A stretch of 64,000 bases of DNA from Octopus vulgaris. Taxonomy: Eukaryota. Every line of letters starts with the position of its first letter. The stretch's first letter is position 1. This document shows positions 37,510-50,295 of the stretch, piece by piece. The translations under genes and the position numbers were made by a program. Under the pieces are notes generated by a model. That model saw only the letters and a program-made list of their open reading frames with translations. It had not been told where the DNA came from and made no database searches. The stretch spans positions 78,802,001-78,866,000 of the forward strand of contig OX597818.1 in assembly GCA_951406725.2 (NCBI GenBank), given 5' to 3'.

Positions 37510-38125
37510 TTCACCAAGAGTAAACAATATCAACGCTAAAGGCGCGAAATTGTAATGATCTTTTGGATGTTGACTGATGAGGAATAAGCTACGAATTTTC
37601 TGTTTGTTATGTCTTTGCATGTAATATTTCCGCTGGTTGCGTCTTTGTTAAATTTTTGAAATATGTTTATGTAACGCTACGCAGTCCTGTTTTATCTTTT
37701 ACTCATTTGTAAAATATTCTTTGAATATATTTTGTGCGACATCTATTTCTGTCTCTTTCTCTTTCTTTGCTTCGCTTTTGCTTTCCTCTCATTCCCTTTC
37801 TCTCTCTTTCCCTCCTCAACACTTTACTTCTTCCTTCGTTCTGACTTTTTATATGACTTTCTCTAGTCTCCAGTCCTACAGGACATTTTCAGTTTCCTTT
37901 GCGTTACTCCATATATTGCGGCCGCACGGCTTTTTGTTGTATATGTAGGTTTTATTTGGTCGTTTTTATTTTCGTCAATCTCCTATACACCCGTTAGCTA
38001 TTCTCAGTGGCTTTATGCCACTGGTGCCACCAAGAGTGAACAATATCAACGTTAAAGGCACGAAAGTGTAAGGATTCTTTAGACATTGCCTGATGAGGAA
38101 TAAGCTACGAATTTTCGGTTATGTT
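37510..38125 (+). repeat. TA-flanked ~515-bp unit with ~95-bp terminal direct repeats containing CTGATGAG
   Basis: caccaa(a)gagt.aacaatatcaacg.taaaggc.cgaaa...ctgatgaggaataagctacgaattttc at ~37512 and ~38027. Confidence 0.7.
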
Positions 38126-38131
38126 TTTATA

Positions 38132-38193
<62 letters not shown>

Positions 38194-38194
<1 letters not shown>

Positions 38195-38642
38195 GAGCAA
38201 AACGCCCCCCGTCCAATGGACGGTGATGAGTTTTCAAATATTTAAGTAAAATTTTCTCAAAACAACTTGTCCGACCGTCCCATAGGCGTCCCCTTTGAGA
38301 AACGCCGATTTAACCTAAAATTGAGACACCAGCAAAATAAGAATTAAAGATAGACTTTTTTCTGTTCCAAAGATAAACGATTTTATTCACTTTATCGATC
38401 GCATTCTCACCTAGAATCGAACTTCCAACAAATAGAAGGTGCATTTATGTACAAGTCGACGGAAGAAAAGCAGGAAAAAAACGGCTTTATCGATCGCATT
38501 CTCACCTGGAATTGATTTTTGTAATTTGTTCAAGATTTATACACGCCCTGATACCGTCGGTATCTACATATTAAATTTGAGCGCAATCGGATGGTGGATG
38601 CCCGAGATCCTAGAAGACACATACACACACAGAGACAGAACG

Positions 38643-38650
<8 letters not shown>
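38194..38650 (-). mobile_element. Non-autonomous Helitron-like element (same family as 63069-63617)
   Basis: 3' hairpin ccgtccattggacgg followed by CTCG|T; inserted in (TA)n. Confidence 0.75.
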
Positions 38651-38693
<43 letters not shown>

Positions 38694-41182
38694 ATATGTA
38701 TATTTATAATTCGGCATACTTGAAAGTCATAGAGTGCACTTACCTTTTAAAAACTGTTTTCAACTTTCCAGAAGAAATGACACATTCGTACAACTGCGGT
38801 AAATTAAGAGAGAAAATGTATTGAATCGTATCACTAACCAAAATAGAAGCTAGTTTTGGAGAAAAAATATCACGTGGTTAAGCCATCTAGGATTAATCAA
38901 CCAGAAGATTGATTACAATACACATGCCGTGAAGTAAAACAATAAAAGCTAATAAAACACTGTTTTCGTTTGAGATTTTATTAATTAAATGAACCAAGAG
39001 CTGACAACATTATTTAAAAGATTTTATGACCGTCAGAAGCGTTTAAGCAATAAAAAAGTAGTGAGGATAACGAAGAGATTAACCGCATGAGAGTGGATAA
39101 TATCTAAGAACTATTTTAGTATTTGATCACTGAGAGATCGAATCACACAAGAACTAACTTTCTTTATCAATCTTGCTGGCTCAATAAGTACCAGTAACGA
39201 ACTAAAGCCGATACAACTCATTATACCCTTCTCACTTCTTACACAAGTATTATACAATTTAACTGTGTCTGGTAAAGACGAAGCAATGCTTCGGTCAGTA
39301 GACAGGCTCATGCTCAAAATACAGAATATGAAGGAAATTAACAAACATTTAAGGATTTGCATTATTTTGCAGAAAGTAATCCTAGTTATTACAAAAGTCA
39401 CTCACTAATATGTTATTATATCGATTATATCGATTAAAATTTAAAATGTTAAATTAGTGTTATAAATCCGTTATGTGCAACAGAAAAACTGTTAGATAAA
39501 ACTAGCTGCCTGTGTATCATACTTAACGCAAAAACATTATGTAAAGTGCGATATTCGACCGGAAATATCTCTAATGGATATACTGTGTTGAATAGCACAA
39601 ATATATCAGCAGCAGACTAAAATTGTCCTGTAGCGGTGGCTAAAATGCTAGATGTGAATCTCTGCCTCTCTTGGCGTTGTCTGTAACATGTACCTAGTGG
39701 CAACCAAATGCTAAGCCAAAATCCGATGTCACTAATATAGGGAAACTACGATTCAAAAAGAGAGGACAGATAATTGCTATTAGCTGTCTGGTCATAAATT
39801 AAATGTATCATAAATTAAGGATTAGCAGTTTTATCTCTGAAGAATATGCTAAAAGCATATTCGTAAGCTAGATGGTTTGGCTTCGTATGTAGGCATCAGG
39901 ATTACGCTTCAAGATTAAATATCAAGCTTAGGCATCAGGATTAGGCATCAAAATTAGACATAAGAATTATGATGTCTAATGACAAATAAAGAGTAGTATC
40001 GATATTTGTGTGACAAGAAACAATCAACATTAATAAACCAGCTTAAAAGAATGAAAACGTTCATCTTACCATTAATCTTCAGTATTCTTCTTTAAAATCA
40101 AACATTGCCTTTCTTTTTAATCTAGACACAATATTAAGTAGAAATGTTAAGAGTTGTTAGAAAGAGAGAGAAAGAGAAAGAGAAAGTGAGGGGGGAAGAT
40201 TAAATGAGATTGTGTGAAATTTGTGCATGAAGTGAAATGAAACAGTTATAATTTATATTCCAATTTGTTTTCCTACACGATAATGTGAGCTTATCTTCTA
40301 TCGTTCGTTTCTGGTCCATGCAGTAAAAGAACTTGTAAACAACTATGAACTTAACAGCTTATCTTCCTCTTACGTACTAGCTAAATTTCTAAGAACATTT
40401 GACAGCAACGATATTCCAACTTAAGTTTTATACTAATTTTAGATCTGAGTGGGCTAGAACAATGTGAAATGAAATGTTTTGCTGAAGAACTCATCACGCT
40501 ACCCAGTCTGGGAACAGAAACCCTGTTCTTCCGATCGAGAGTGTAACACCTTAACCAGTAAGCCATATGCCTTCACTAGTTCACGTTCCATTGTTCCATA
40601 CTGTATCTACTGGTCTTTCGTAGTCGAAAGACCAACAGACACAGTATGAGTTCGTTCTATTGTGGTAGAATAAACAAAAATTTCCAAAATTTCCAAGGGA
40701 CAAAACAATCAAATGGCCAATGGCATCTTAGATTATTGAGTAAATAAACAATCCATGATGTTAACTTCTGCTTCAGCTGTAATTACAGCTAGAGCATATC
40801 ACGAGTCCTTGCATCTCATGTCTGAGTAATGTTGTAGTCGTAGGAGAAGTTGTGCGGTTAAAACATTTCAGTGACTTTTCAGACGCTGTATTCCTTTATT
40901 AGTGACGACGGATTTCCTCTAAGCATGCGGTTGCCAGACAGCACGTGCTACTGATAGCCCCCAAAGGGCAGAAAGGCACATCTAGTATGTCTATCACTGC
41001 TGCAGGATGATTTTCAATGGCTACTAATATCTTTGCATTATTTATCACAGTACATTTATCAAATATACTATCTCAAGACGAATGCTGTAGTTAATTTTGC
41101 TTTTCATCATATATTTTCATTGAGTACGGTACATAGATGGCAGTTTTAATCTAATATTTCTTCTGTTGCATATAATAGATGG

Positions 41183-41223
<41 letters not shown>

Positions 41224-41304
41224 ATTTTAAAATAGGATAAAATCTTCATAACAATTCATCAAGTAGTTAGCGTGAAAAACCTCATAAGAGAAAATATCCA
41301 TCAA

Positions 41305-41795
41305 TTTTTTCACTTGAATATATTTATTTATATTATATAGCGGGCATTATTACACATAAATACCACACGCTAGGAGGGACTCTTAAAGTCAAAACTACTA
41401 AAATAAATAAACATGTCATACCGAATGCAACTCTCGAAGCAAGTCATTTAAAAACAGAATTCAGCTGCATATCACCTGTGATTTCGTAATCAGTGCAGTG
41501 GTGTGCCCTCTTTACTCCCCAGTGCAAGCATAATTCAAGATTTATAATGAATGAACAAAAACAACATACCAGGCGAACAACCATCGTATCCAACGCAGCA
41601 TGTAGAAATGTTCACTCCTTATACATCTATGTAAATGGCGGGCATTTTCACTTAAATATATTTATATTATATAGAGGGAATTATTACACATAAATGCCAA
41701 ATGACTTGCTTCGAGAGTTGCTTTCGGTACGATATGTATATTTATTTTAGTAGTTTTGACTTTAAGAGTCCCTCCTAGCGTGTGGCATTTATGTA
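41305..41795 (-). mobile_element. 338-nt terminally redundant non-coding unit with a hammerhead motif, plus an inverted partial copy
   Basis: Direct repeat at 41307 and 41645; 41698-41794 is inverted relative to 41355-41449. Minus-strand motif ttgca-CTGGGGA-gtaa...ttac-GAAA-tcac-ag-gtga-TA-tgcag at 41464-41529. Confidence 0.7.
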
Positions 41796-41799
41796 ACGT

Positions 41800-43320
41800 T
41801 CAATAACGCCGTTTACAACGAGGCATTACTTGACCTGGACACTTGAGTGCAAGCTATGAGAGATCAAAGCGTTGAAACATTTGGTCTCCCTCAACTGGAG
41901 CAGGCAGCAGACAATCTCGTAATTCAGTACCTGCGAGAAATCAGCTATGACATCGAGGAAATGACGGCGTGTATAGCTGATAACGAACACAAACTGAAAG
42001 AGGAGCAATTGGGTGTTTATAAGACTATTATTTCAAGCAGTGAAAGTGAAAGAGAAGGTCATTTCTTTCTGGAACTGGCAAGACATTTATCATCAACCTT
42101 CTTCTGGCTAAACTGCACCAAATGAAACACATTACTACAGCAGTGGCGTCAAGTGGAATTGTTGCGACTCTACTAAGTGGTGGCCGCACAGCACATTCCT
42201 GTTTCAAATTCCCTTTGAACCTGTCCAAGAAAGAGAAAGCAAACTGCAACACCAGTCGTGGTCCTTAACAGGCAAACTTCTGGGTGAATACAGGTTGATC
42301 ATCTAGGATAAGGCGACAATGAGCCATAAGGTTTCCTTTGGAGCTATTGACATGGCCCTTCAGGATCTGAGATACAACACCAGACTCATGGGATGTTCCA
42401 TAGTCTTGCTTTCAGGAAACTTTAGACAAACCCTTCCCGTGGTTCCGAAGGGTACAGAGCTGAGGAAGTAAATGCCAGCATAAAGTCGTCCTACCTATGG
42501 AACAGTGTGCAAAAGTTAAGACTCACAACCAGCATGAGACTGCAGCTCAGTAGTGATGATGCAGACAGAACCTTTTCACAGCAACTGTTGGATATCGGTA
42601 ATGGCACTTCGGTTGGTGAGAAGAATGAGCGGTTAGGTTTGCTTTTTGGACATATACTATCTGATTTAAAGGAACTAATGAATAAGGTGTTTCCTAATTT
42701 GAGGAATCAGTTTACAGACCACAACTGGCTGAAAACCCATGCCATTTTAGGTCCAAAGAATGTGGCAGTTGATGATTTGAAAATTAAATTTCTGGAACAG
42801 TTACCAGGTGAGCGTCACATCTACTATTGACACTGTACTCAACATCAATGAAGCTGTGAATTATCCAGTTGAATTCTTGAATAGTCTAACACCACCAGGC
42901 CTACCACCTCACAACTTGCACCACCTCAAGATTGGAGCACCAGTTATGCTGCTTCGAAACCTCGATCCACCAAAGCTTTGCAATGACACACGACTTGTAA
43001 TAAAGAAGATGATGCTAACAGTCTCGGAGACAACAATCTTGACAGGTAAGGCAAGCGGGGAGTTTGCATTCATTCCTGTATTATTCCCTCGGATATGCCT
43101 TTCCAGTACAAGCGCTTGCAATTCTCGTTGAAACTGAGTTTTGCAATGAGCCCAGGGTCAGTCTTGGGATGTGGTAGGTCTGAACCTTGCGGAACCAGTT
43201 TTCTCTCATGGCCAACTTTATGTGGGATACTCAAGAGTCGGCAATCCTAATCATTTGTTTATTTATGCCCCACAAGGAAAGACCAAAAATGTTGTTTATC
43301 AAGAACCTCTGCAAACTTAA
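41800..43320 (+). mobile_element. Helitron RepHel relic (PIF1-like helicase, many frameshifts)
   Basis: [95 protein letters not shown]. Confidence 0.92.
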
Positions 43321-43965
43321 TAAGATTCACAAAATCATTAGGTATTTATTATTTAACTGTAATATTCGTTATTTAATTTTTAAATCTGTATCCAAATTTA
43401 TTTGTATTTCTACTGTAAAACTAAATATCAGTCTGTTTCTACACTCGTTGTAAATTCATTTCAACACTAGTGCCCCCAAGGGTTATATTTTCTGGGAACG
43501 CACAAAAACCCTATTCAGAGTTATTTACTTTGAATTGTCATTATTTCATATCTGATTCGCCTGTTTTTACGTAACATGCTTCACGATTTTGGTATACATA
43601 ACTTATTGGTATTTCCTCCTAAATTCTATATACTTTGGAAACGCATTAAAGCCCTTTTCGGGGCTACTTTATTCGAATTCATACTATCACGTAACTAATA
43701 TCATATTATTAATTAACTGACTTCACGATTTGGGTATTCATAACTTATTGGGATTGCCTAAAAACAAAATCCTATGTAATACGATTCAGACATATTTTAG
43801 ATATAAATATTGCAACTAATCTTTCTTCTCAAAAATAAGGTTAATACCCCACCCACACATTGTGATTTTATTGATAACAGCCCACTTTAGACAAACATTC
43901 AGATAAAAAACGAAAAACAAATCCGAATTGAATCCATATATGTATGTGTGTGTGCGTGCGTGAAT

Positions 43966-44236
43966 ATCTACCTACCTACCTACCTACCTACCTACCTACC
44001 TACCTACCTACCTACCTACCTACCTACCTACCTACCTACCTACCTACCTACCTACATACATACCTACCTACCTACCTACCTACCTACCTACCTACCTACC
44101 TACCTACCTACCTACCTACAAACCTACCTACCTACCTACCTACCTACCTACCTACCTACCTACCTACCTACCTACATACATACATACCTACCTACCTACC
44201 TACATACATACCTACATACCTACCTACCTACATACA
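43966..44236. repeat. (CCTA)n/(CATA)n microsatellite
   Basis: Direct inspection. Confidence 0.97.
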
Positions 44237-44316
44237 TGCATTAGTTCATATACACATACACACACATAAACACACATACACACACATATACATATAAATG
44301 TATACATATATGTATG

Positions 44317-44348
<32 letters not shown>

Positions 44349-44634
44349 CAAACATGCAAATGTATATGCACATACACACACACATACACACACACATATA
44401 TATAAATATATGTTAATGCCATATCGCCGGAAGAAATGAATTCATGAACATGATCTACACAATATTCATGGATACTACGGACTGTACTGCAATCATTTCA
44501 GGAATGCGGACTATGATCTTAAGTAACATGTGATATGTGGAAACGTGCGTAGCAATGCATTAAATCATTTATAAATTCCACCCAAAGATTATTATTATTA
44601 TTACTATATATAAAAATACACATATATAGATACA

Positions 44635-44685
<51 letters not shown>

Positions 44686-44933
44686 TAGTAATGCAATAAT
44701 AGAGTATTGCTTTCCAGTAAAGAATAGCCCGTGAGGGAAAAATATACAAAGAAGTAAATATATGGCACAACGAAGTACCGATATTTACTGGAAATAGCGA
44801 ACGTAATAATACGACGCTAATGTATAGCTTCACCGCGTATGTACTAGCAAAAATGCGTGTGTGCAACAAACTAGAAAAAATTGTCTTACTTCCAGAGAGA
44901 ACATCTGAAAGATGAAATACCTGGAAAAGGATA

Positions 44934-45014
44934 ATGTGGGACCTGTGCAGGTTTCAGATTTTTCAAGATATGTCTGCCACCCATAAACTTGATCTATCTT
45001 CATCAGCCAAACAT
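44934..45014 (-). ncRNA. Type I hammerhead ribozyme (inverted copy)
   Basis: Reverse complement of 45293-45373; core intact. Confidence 0.8.
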
Positions 45015-45292
45015 ATACCACGACAATCTTTCAGATGTTACCACATTAATGCCATTACACTCGACTGAAATGCCGAAACGCTAACAGTAAATATCGGTAC
45101 TTCGTTGTGCCATATATTTACTTCTTTGTATATTTTTCCCTCACGGGCTATTCTTTACTGGAAAGCAATACTGTAGTATTGCATTACTAATTTATCGAAA
45201 CTTCTTCACCGTTCTCGTGCTGTTAGCGTTTCGGCGTTTCAGTCGAGTGTAATGGTATTAATGTGGTAACATCTGAAAGGTTGTCGTGGTAT

Positions 45293-45373
45293 ATGTTTGG
45301 CTGATGAAGATAGATCAAGTTTATGGGCGGCAGACATATCTTGAAAAATCTGAAACCTGCACAGGTCCCACAT
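45293..45373 (+). ncRNA. Type I hammerhead ribozyme
   Basis: atgtttgg-CTGATGA-agat...atct-GAAAC-ctg-ca-cag-GTC-ccacat; predicted cleavage after 45367. Confidence 0.82.
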
Positions 45374-45557
45374 TATCCTTTTCCAGGTATTTCATCTTTC
45401 AGATGTTCTCCCTGGAAGTAAGACAATTTTTCTAGTTTGTTGCACACACGCATTTTTGCTAGTACATACGCGGTGAAGCTATACATTAGCGTCGTATTAT
45501 TACGTTCGCTATTTCCAGTAAATATCGGTACTTCGTTGTGCCATATATTTACTTCTT

Positions 45558-45622
<65 letters not shown>

Positions 45623-46621
45623 AAACACACTGTACATAGTTCGAGGATGTGTTCATCTTTATCTGTAAAACTGGTGTATCCAAAATACTGATAATTTACT
45701 ATGAACAGAAACTAAATATAAAGAAAGGAAAACCATGTTCTTATTTTCTATTGAACTTATTATAATCAGATTTCGCCACCGTTATAACTAAAATAATGAC
45801 GTCGTCCATGTACAGCCATAGAAGTGATAGCAGAGAAAAGTGTAGCCATTAAGTTCTGAAAAATTACAGGTGCACACTTGATATCAAAAGGAAACTTAGT
45901 TTGCTGGTATAAAAAAAAAGTGTTGCGTATATGAATGACTCCATCATTTGTCCTACTATTTTCATTTATTGCTCAGTCAATATTCTCTTGATAACAAACG
46001 TTAATAAAGCGAACAACCCATAAATCAAATGTCTTTATTCTAATTAATTACCAGCATTACTATTTTTTTAGAAATATTTTTCACATCAAAAGATTTAGCA
46101 GATATTACTTTGTTTACAAAATTGATCTGGCAGTAAATTTCTCCAGATCAACATATTTTACGTCAAGATGCATGTTTCAGATGAGAGTGTGAACTTTATG
46201 AATACTCGCTAAATCAATTGTTTCTCCCAGTGTTGTTTGAAATAATATCTATGTGCGATCTATATGGGATGTCGTTAATTAGAATTTCGATAAAGTTTCT
46301 GGAACTTAATATTAACCATCTCAAAAAGATCGAATTGACTATTGATTTGGCTTGTATTGACTAATATTCTACAATGACCTTTAAAAAGTATTTACTCTAC
46401 ATCAATAAGAAGAATGTTTGTAGCTACTCCTGCTACATCTTTATTAAAGTGTTATATTGTGAAGTAAGCAGTAGAGTTACTTTTACACTTGCCAGTGTAA
46501 ATTTAGTAAATATGAACCATAAACAAAAATAAAAATTCTTCACCATAAAAGTATACCAAAGTAAACTATCTACGTGTTACTTTAAGCAATCTACAAAACA
46601 TTCATCTAAAATAAACGTCAC

Positions 46622-46970
46622 AACGTGTTTAATTAAGTAGAACATGAAATATTAAAAAGTTAAAGTAGAAATTGGAAATATCTATATGTTTAGTTAACCA
46701 GAACATGAAATATCTACGTATTTAGTTAGCCAGAACAATAAATATCTACGTGTTTACTTAACCAGAACATGAAACATCTACTTGTTTTACATGTTTGGTT
46801 CATCAGAAAATGAAGTATTTACGTGTTTAATTAACCAAAACATGAAATATCTACATGTTTAGTTAAGCCAGAACATGCAATATCAACGTGACCAATATGT
46901 TTAGTTAATCGGAGCATGAAATATCTACGTGTTTAGTTAACTAGAACATGAAATAGATTGTTTAATTAAC
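46622..46970. repeat. 32-bp minisatellite, about 10 diverged units
   Basis: Consensus gtttagttaaccagaacatgaaatatctacgt. Confidence 0.85.
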
Positions 46971-48089
46971 CCATCTAAGAAATATTCTGAAGACTTTTGT
47001 CTGTCAATTTCGAGCACTCAAGAGCTATCCCGAGTAGCACACACTGTAGCTACGCAACTGCAACTATAGCCTTTGATTTGTTGTAAGCATGTAATAGATC
47101 GGCTATTTCGAGTAGAAGTTCCTTTCATATTGTCATTCAGTGTCAGCCAATTTCTTCCTTTTGTTTACTCCAGCAATACACACCACTACCTTTGACACAC
47201 GCTCTCTTAGTTGTATCACCACGGAAACGTGTAGAGTCTTTGATCCGGTCCAGCAGTTCCCTACTTTGCTATCTTTTGTAATTGCTTTCAAATATTTCTT
47301 TCTGTGATGATAACAACTTTTGGCGCATCAACATTTTCAACGCAATTTCCTACTTTCTTTATCCACAATATTTTATTAGTGTACTTGGTATTTTTTTTCA
47401 CAAATTTCTTCCCCAAACAACTGGTTTTCTTCAAGTTCACTCATATGTTATAATACGGCTTTTAGTTTGAGTGAGAAATGCACTTTTGTTTCTATTTGTG
47501 ATTCCCTTCTTCGATTTTCTGGTTTTAGCAGATTTTGCTTTTGCTGTCTATTTTGGTTCTTGAATCGTAGTACTAATTTTTTCTATTTATCTTACTGATA
47601 TATTCCCTCCGTTCCACTTCTGTCTTCTTTCTTTAATTTACTCTAATTTCATTTCCAAAGACCACTTATCTTTATTAGTATCCGCCTTTTTCACCAAGGC
47701 ATCTACTGATCTTCCTTTTGTTCTTTTCCGGATTTACATTATTACCCGCTAATACCAATGTGTTGGTATCTTTAATATTTTCACAGAAAAACTTATCAAT
47801 CACACTGTGTACATTTAATATTCTTTCTTAAACTTCGTTACTTGGTTCGATCCAATGTTGTTAAATTAAGTGACGTTACGGTCTCTTGTTCTTTCAAGTC
47901 TTGCCCCAGTTTTTCAAGGATCTCTAGTTGGTCGTCATAAAGGCTGTCCACACCTAATTCTTTCTTCTTGCATGCCGCATCTTGTCCATGAGTAAAATCC
48001 TTGAGTTATATTCTCCTAACTCGATGATAAGAAGGAACTACGTTTAGTTATCATTGTGGTATACCTATTTGATACCAGGGTTAGTTAAA

Positions 48090-48282
48090 AGAACAAAGAG
48101 CATTTAAAAAGTTAGCATTGTTATGATACTGCCAATTATCGTTGAAGCTTTGGGAAATGTAAGAAAGTTTTTGAGAACAAACCCCAGAAATTTAGATCTT
48201 GATCTGGGAGCGGATGCAGCTCAGAAAATCTGTTTACTTAATTCAATAAGAATTATTCGGAAATACCTCCTTTCAAAGTAGG
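48090..48282 (+). mobile_element. Decayed 3' end of a REL-endonuclease LINE
   Basis: ILPIIVEALGNV...AQKICLLNSIRIIRKYL*. Confidence 0.55.
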
Positions 48283-50080
48283 GAAGCAGTATGGATTTCA
48301 GAAAGTGACATTTTTTAATAGCAGGAACAAAATCCCAAACTACAAAAACACTTATTCAAAAGTACAAGTTGTTGTGTAAGAGAAAGAATAATTAAACCAG
48401 CTATAGCATCAGTATATGAGGCTACATGGTCTGATGGTTAGGATGTAGTCTCGATCGAAAGATCGTGCTTTCGATTCCCGGACCGGGCGACGCGTTGTGT
48501 TCTTGAACAAAACAGTTCATTTCACGTTGCATCATTTCACTCTGCTGTAAATGGGTAACCTTGTAGCGAACTAGTGTACTGTTCAGGGGAAATGTAATCT
48601 TGGCCACTTATACTCTATGGAAGAGAATAACCGGCCCTATCAATCCTAAAACACGAGGCAGTACTTAATTATAATATTAATACCAAATATCTTTGAATTA
48701 CTTTTTAATTAGGAATGTCGTCTTACTCTATCCGCAATTTTATGCATTTCATTTGATATAAGTTAACAAAATATTCTTATTTTACTGGATGATAGACAGT
48801 ATACATTCTTAAAATTATGAGGTCATCCGCTAATAAACAGCCCAGTTGAAAGCGCATTTGACTGACCTAAAGATCCTTGATTTAATCCTGGATTCCCTCA
48901 TTCTGATTTGGTTTTGATATTATTTCTATATTTGGCATACTTAGAGAGGATAATAAAAAGATTCCGACCATATACCTACAAAATTTTAATCAATCCATCT
49001 ACTTGCAGTTATCTACCTTTTTGATTTTAGAATTTAAAATCTCGTCTAACAATGAATTTTGGTCTCCTAATTGCTCGCATAAACTCAGTTACCTTTTACT
49101 TGTATCAGTCATTGGACTGCGGCTATCCTGGGGCACTACCTTGAAGAGTTTAGTCAATAAATCGACGCCCGTACTTACATTTAAGTTTGGTTTTTATTCT
49201 ATCGGTCTCTTTTGCTGAACCACTAGATTAGGGGGACAGAAAATAACAATGAATGACGGTGGTGAGGACAAACACAGAAACACAGACCACACCCACACCC
49301 TGAGAAGGAAGTATATAGGAAACGTAGAAAGTAAACAAGAGAAAACGAAAACAAAAAACAAAATGTAAGAAATAAAAAGTGAAAAGGTACAAGAGCTATC
49401 CTCCTTAAACCTTAAATGATAAGGCTTGGAATATATCAAGTTAGTCAGGAATAGGTGGAATTTTCGAATTCTTCAAAACATATTTAAACATATGCATGCA
49501 ACCACAGAAAATTACTGACCTGGAGTTGTATAGAGTGTTAGGGATCTTAAATCTGAACAGGATCTGTGTTCTTTCACCCAAACGAACAATTTGATGTATC
49601 TATGGGGTCATATGATAGTGCTGGCGTCTGTGATTTTCTGGGTTTATTTGCATTAAACACATTGAGATATAGATACCCATCTCATGACGTTGGCCTATAC
49701 CGTGACGACGGTTTGGTATTTTCCATGAGTGTGATAGTCACATCCTTGATATATTTAGAAAGCAGCTTATTTCTACCTTTAATCAATTAAGACTTACAAT
49801 TACAGTAGCTACGAATCTCTCTATAATTGATTATTTAGATGTTTTCCTAGATCTAAAGTTCTCGTATGAACCTTTCCATAAACCTAATGAGAAACTCGCA
49901 TATATACATAAACAGTCTTGTCACCCTCCTGTAATATTTAAAAACCCGAAAGCTAATATTAGTAACAGAGTGTCTAACCTCACGTTTTCTAAAGAAATTT
50001 TCGAGAAAGCTTCCCCCTATTACAAGGACCTAGCCAATAGTAGCTTCAAAGATAAATTAATATGTAGTCCCTCTAATAAT

Positions 50081-50295
50081 CTTTTCTACTCTAGGCCCAA
50101 GGTCCAACATTTTGGGGGAGGGGGGCCAGTCGATTAGATCGACCCCAGTACGCAACTGGTACTTAATTTATCGACCCCGAAAGAATGAAAGGCAAAGTCG
50201 ACTTCGGCGGAATTTGAACTCAGAACGTAAAGACAAACGAAATACCGCTAAGCACTTCGCCCAGCGTGCTAAAGTTTCTGCCAGCTCACCGCCCT
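50081..50295 (-). mobile_element. Family A SINE nested in the PLE, with ~20-bp TSD
   Basis: tatgtagtccctctaataat / tatgtaatccccctaataat flank the SINE. Confidence 0.85.

Larger units (their letters stand above)
44680..45563. mobile_element. Retrozyme-like element: 431-nt hammerhead-bearing monomer present as an inverted pair of differently permuted copies
   Basis: Plus copy 45085-45563 repeats its first ~47 nt at 45516. Minus copy 45087-44680 starts at a different point and reads through the same junction. (TA)n on both sides. Confidence 0.85.

Noticed and set aside
39111-39401. Signal-peptide-like ORF MQILKCLLISFIFCILSMSLS as the first exon of gene B
   Set aside because: Its gtaag donor is phase 0, incompatible with the phase 1 downstream exon, and it would duplicate the signal peptide; no other support.
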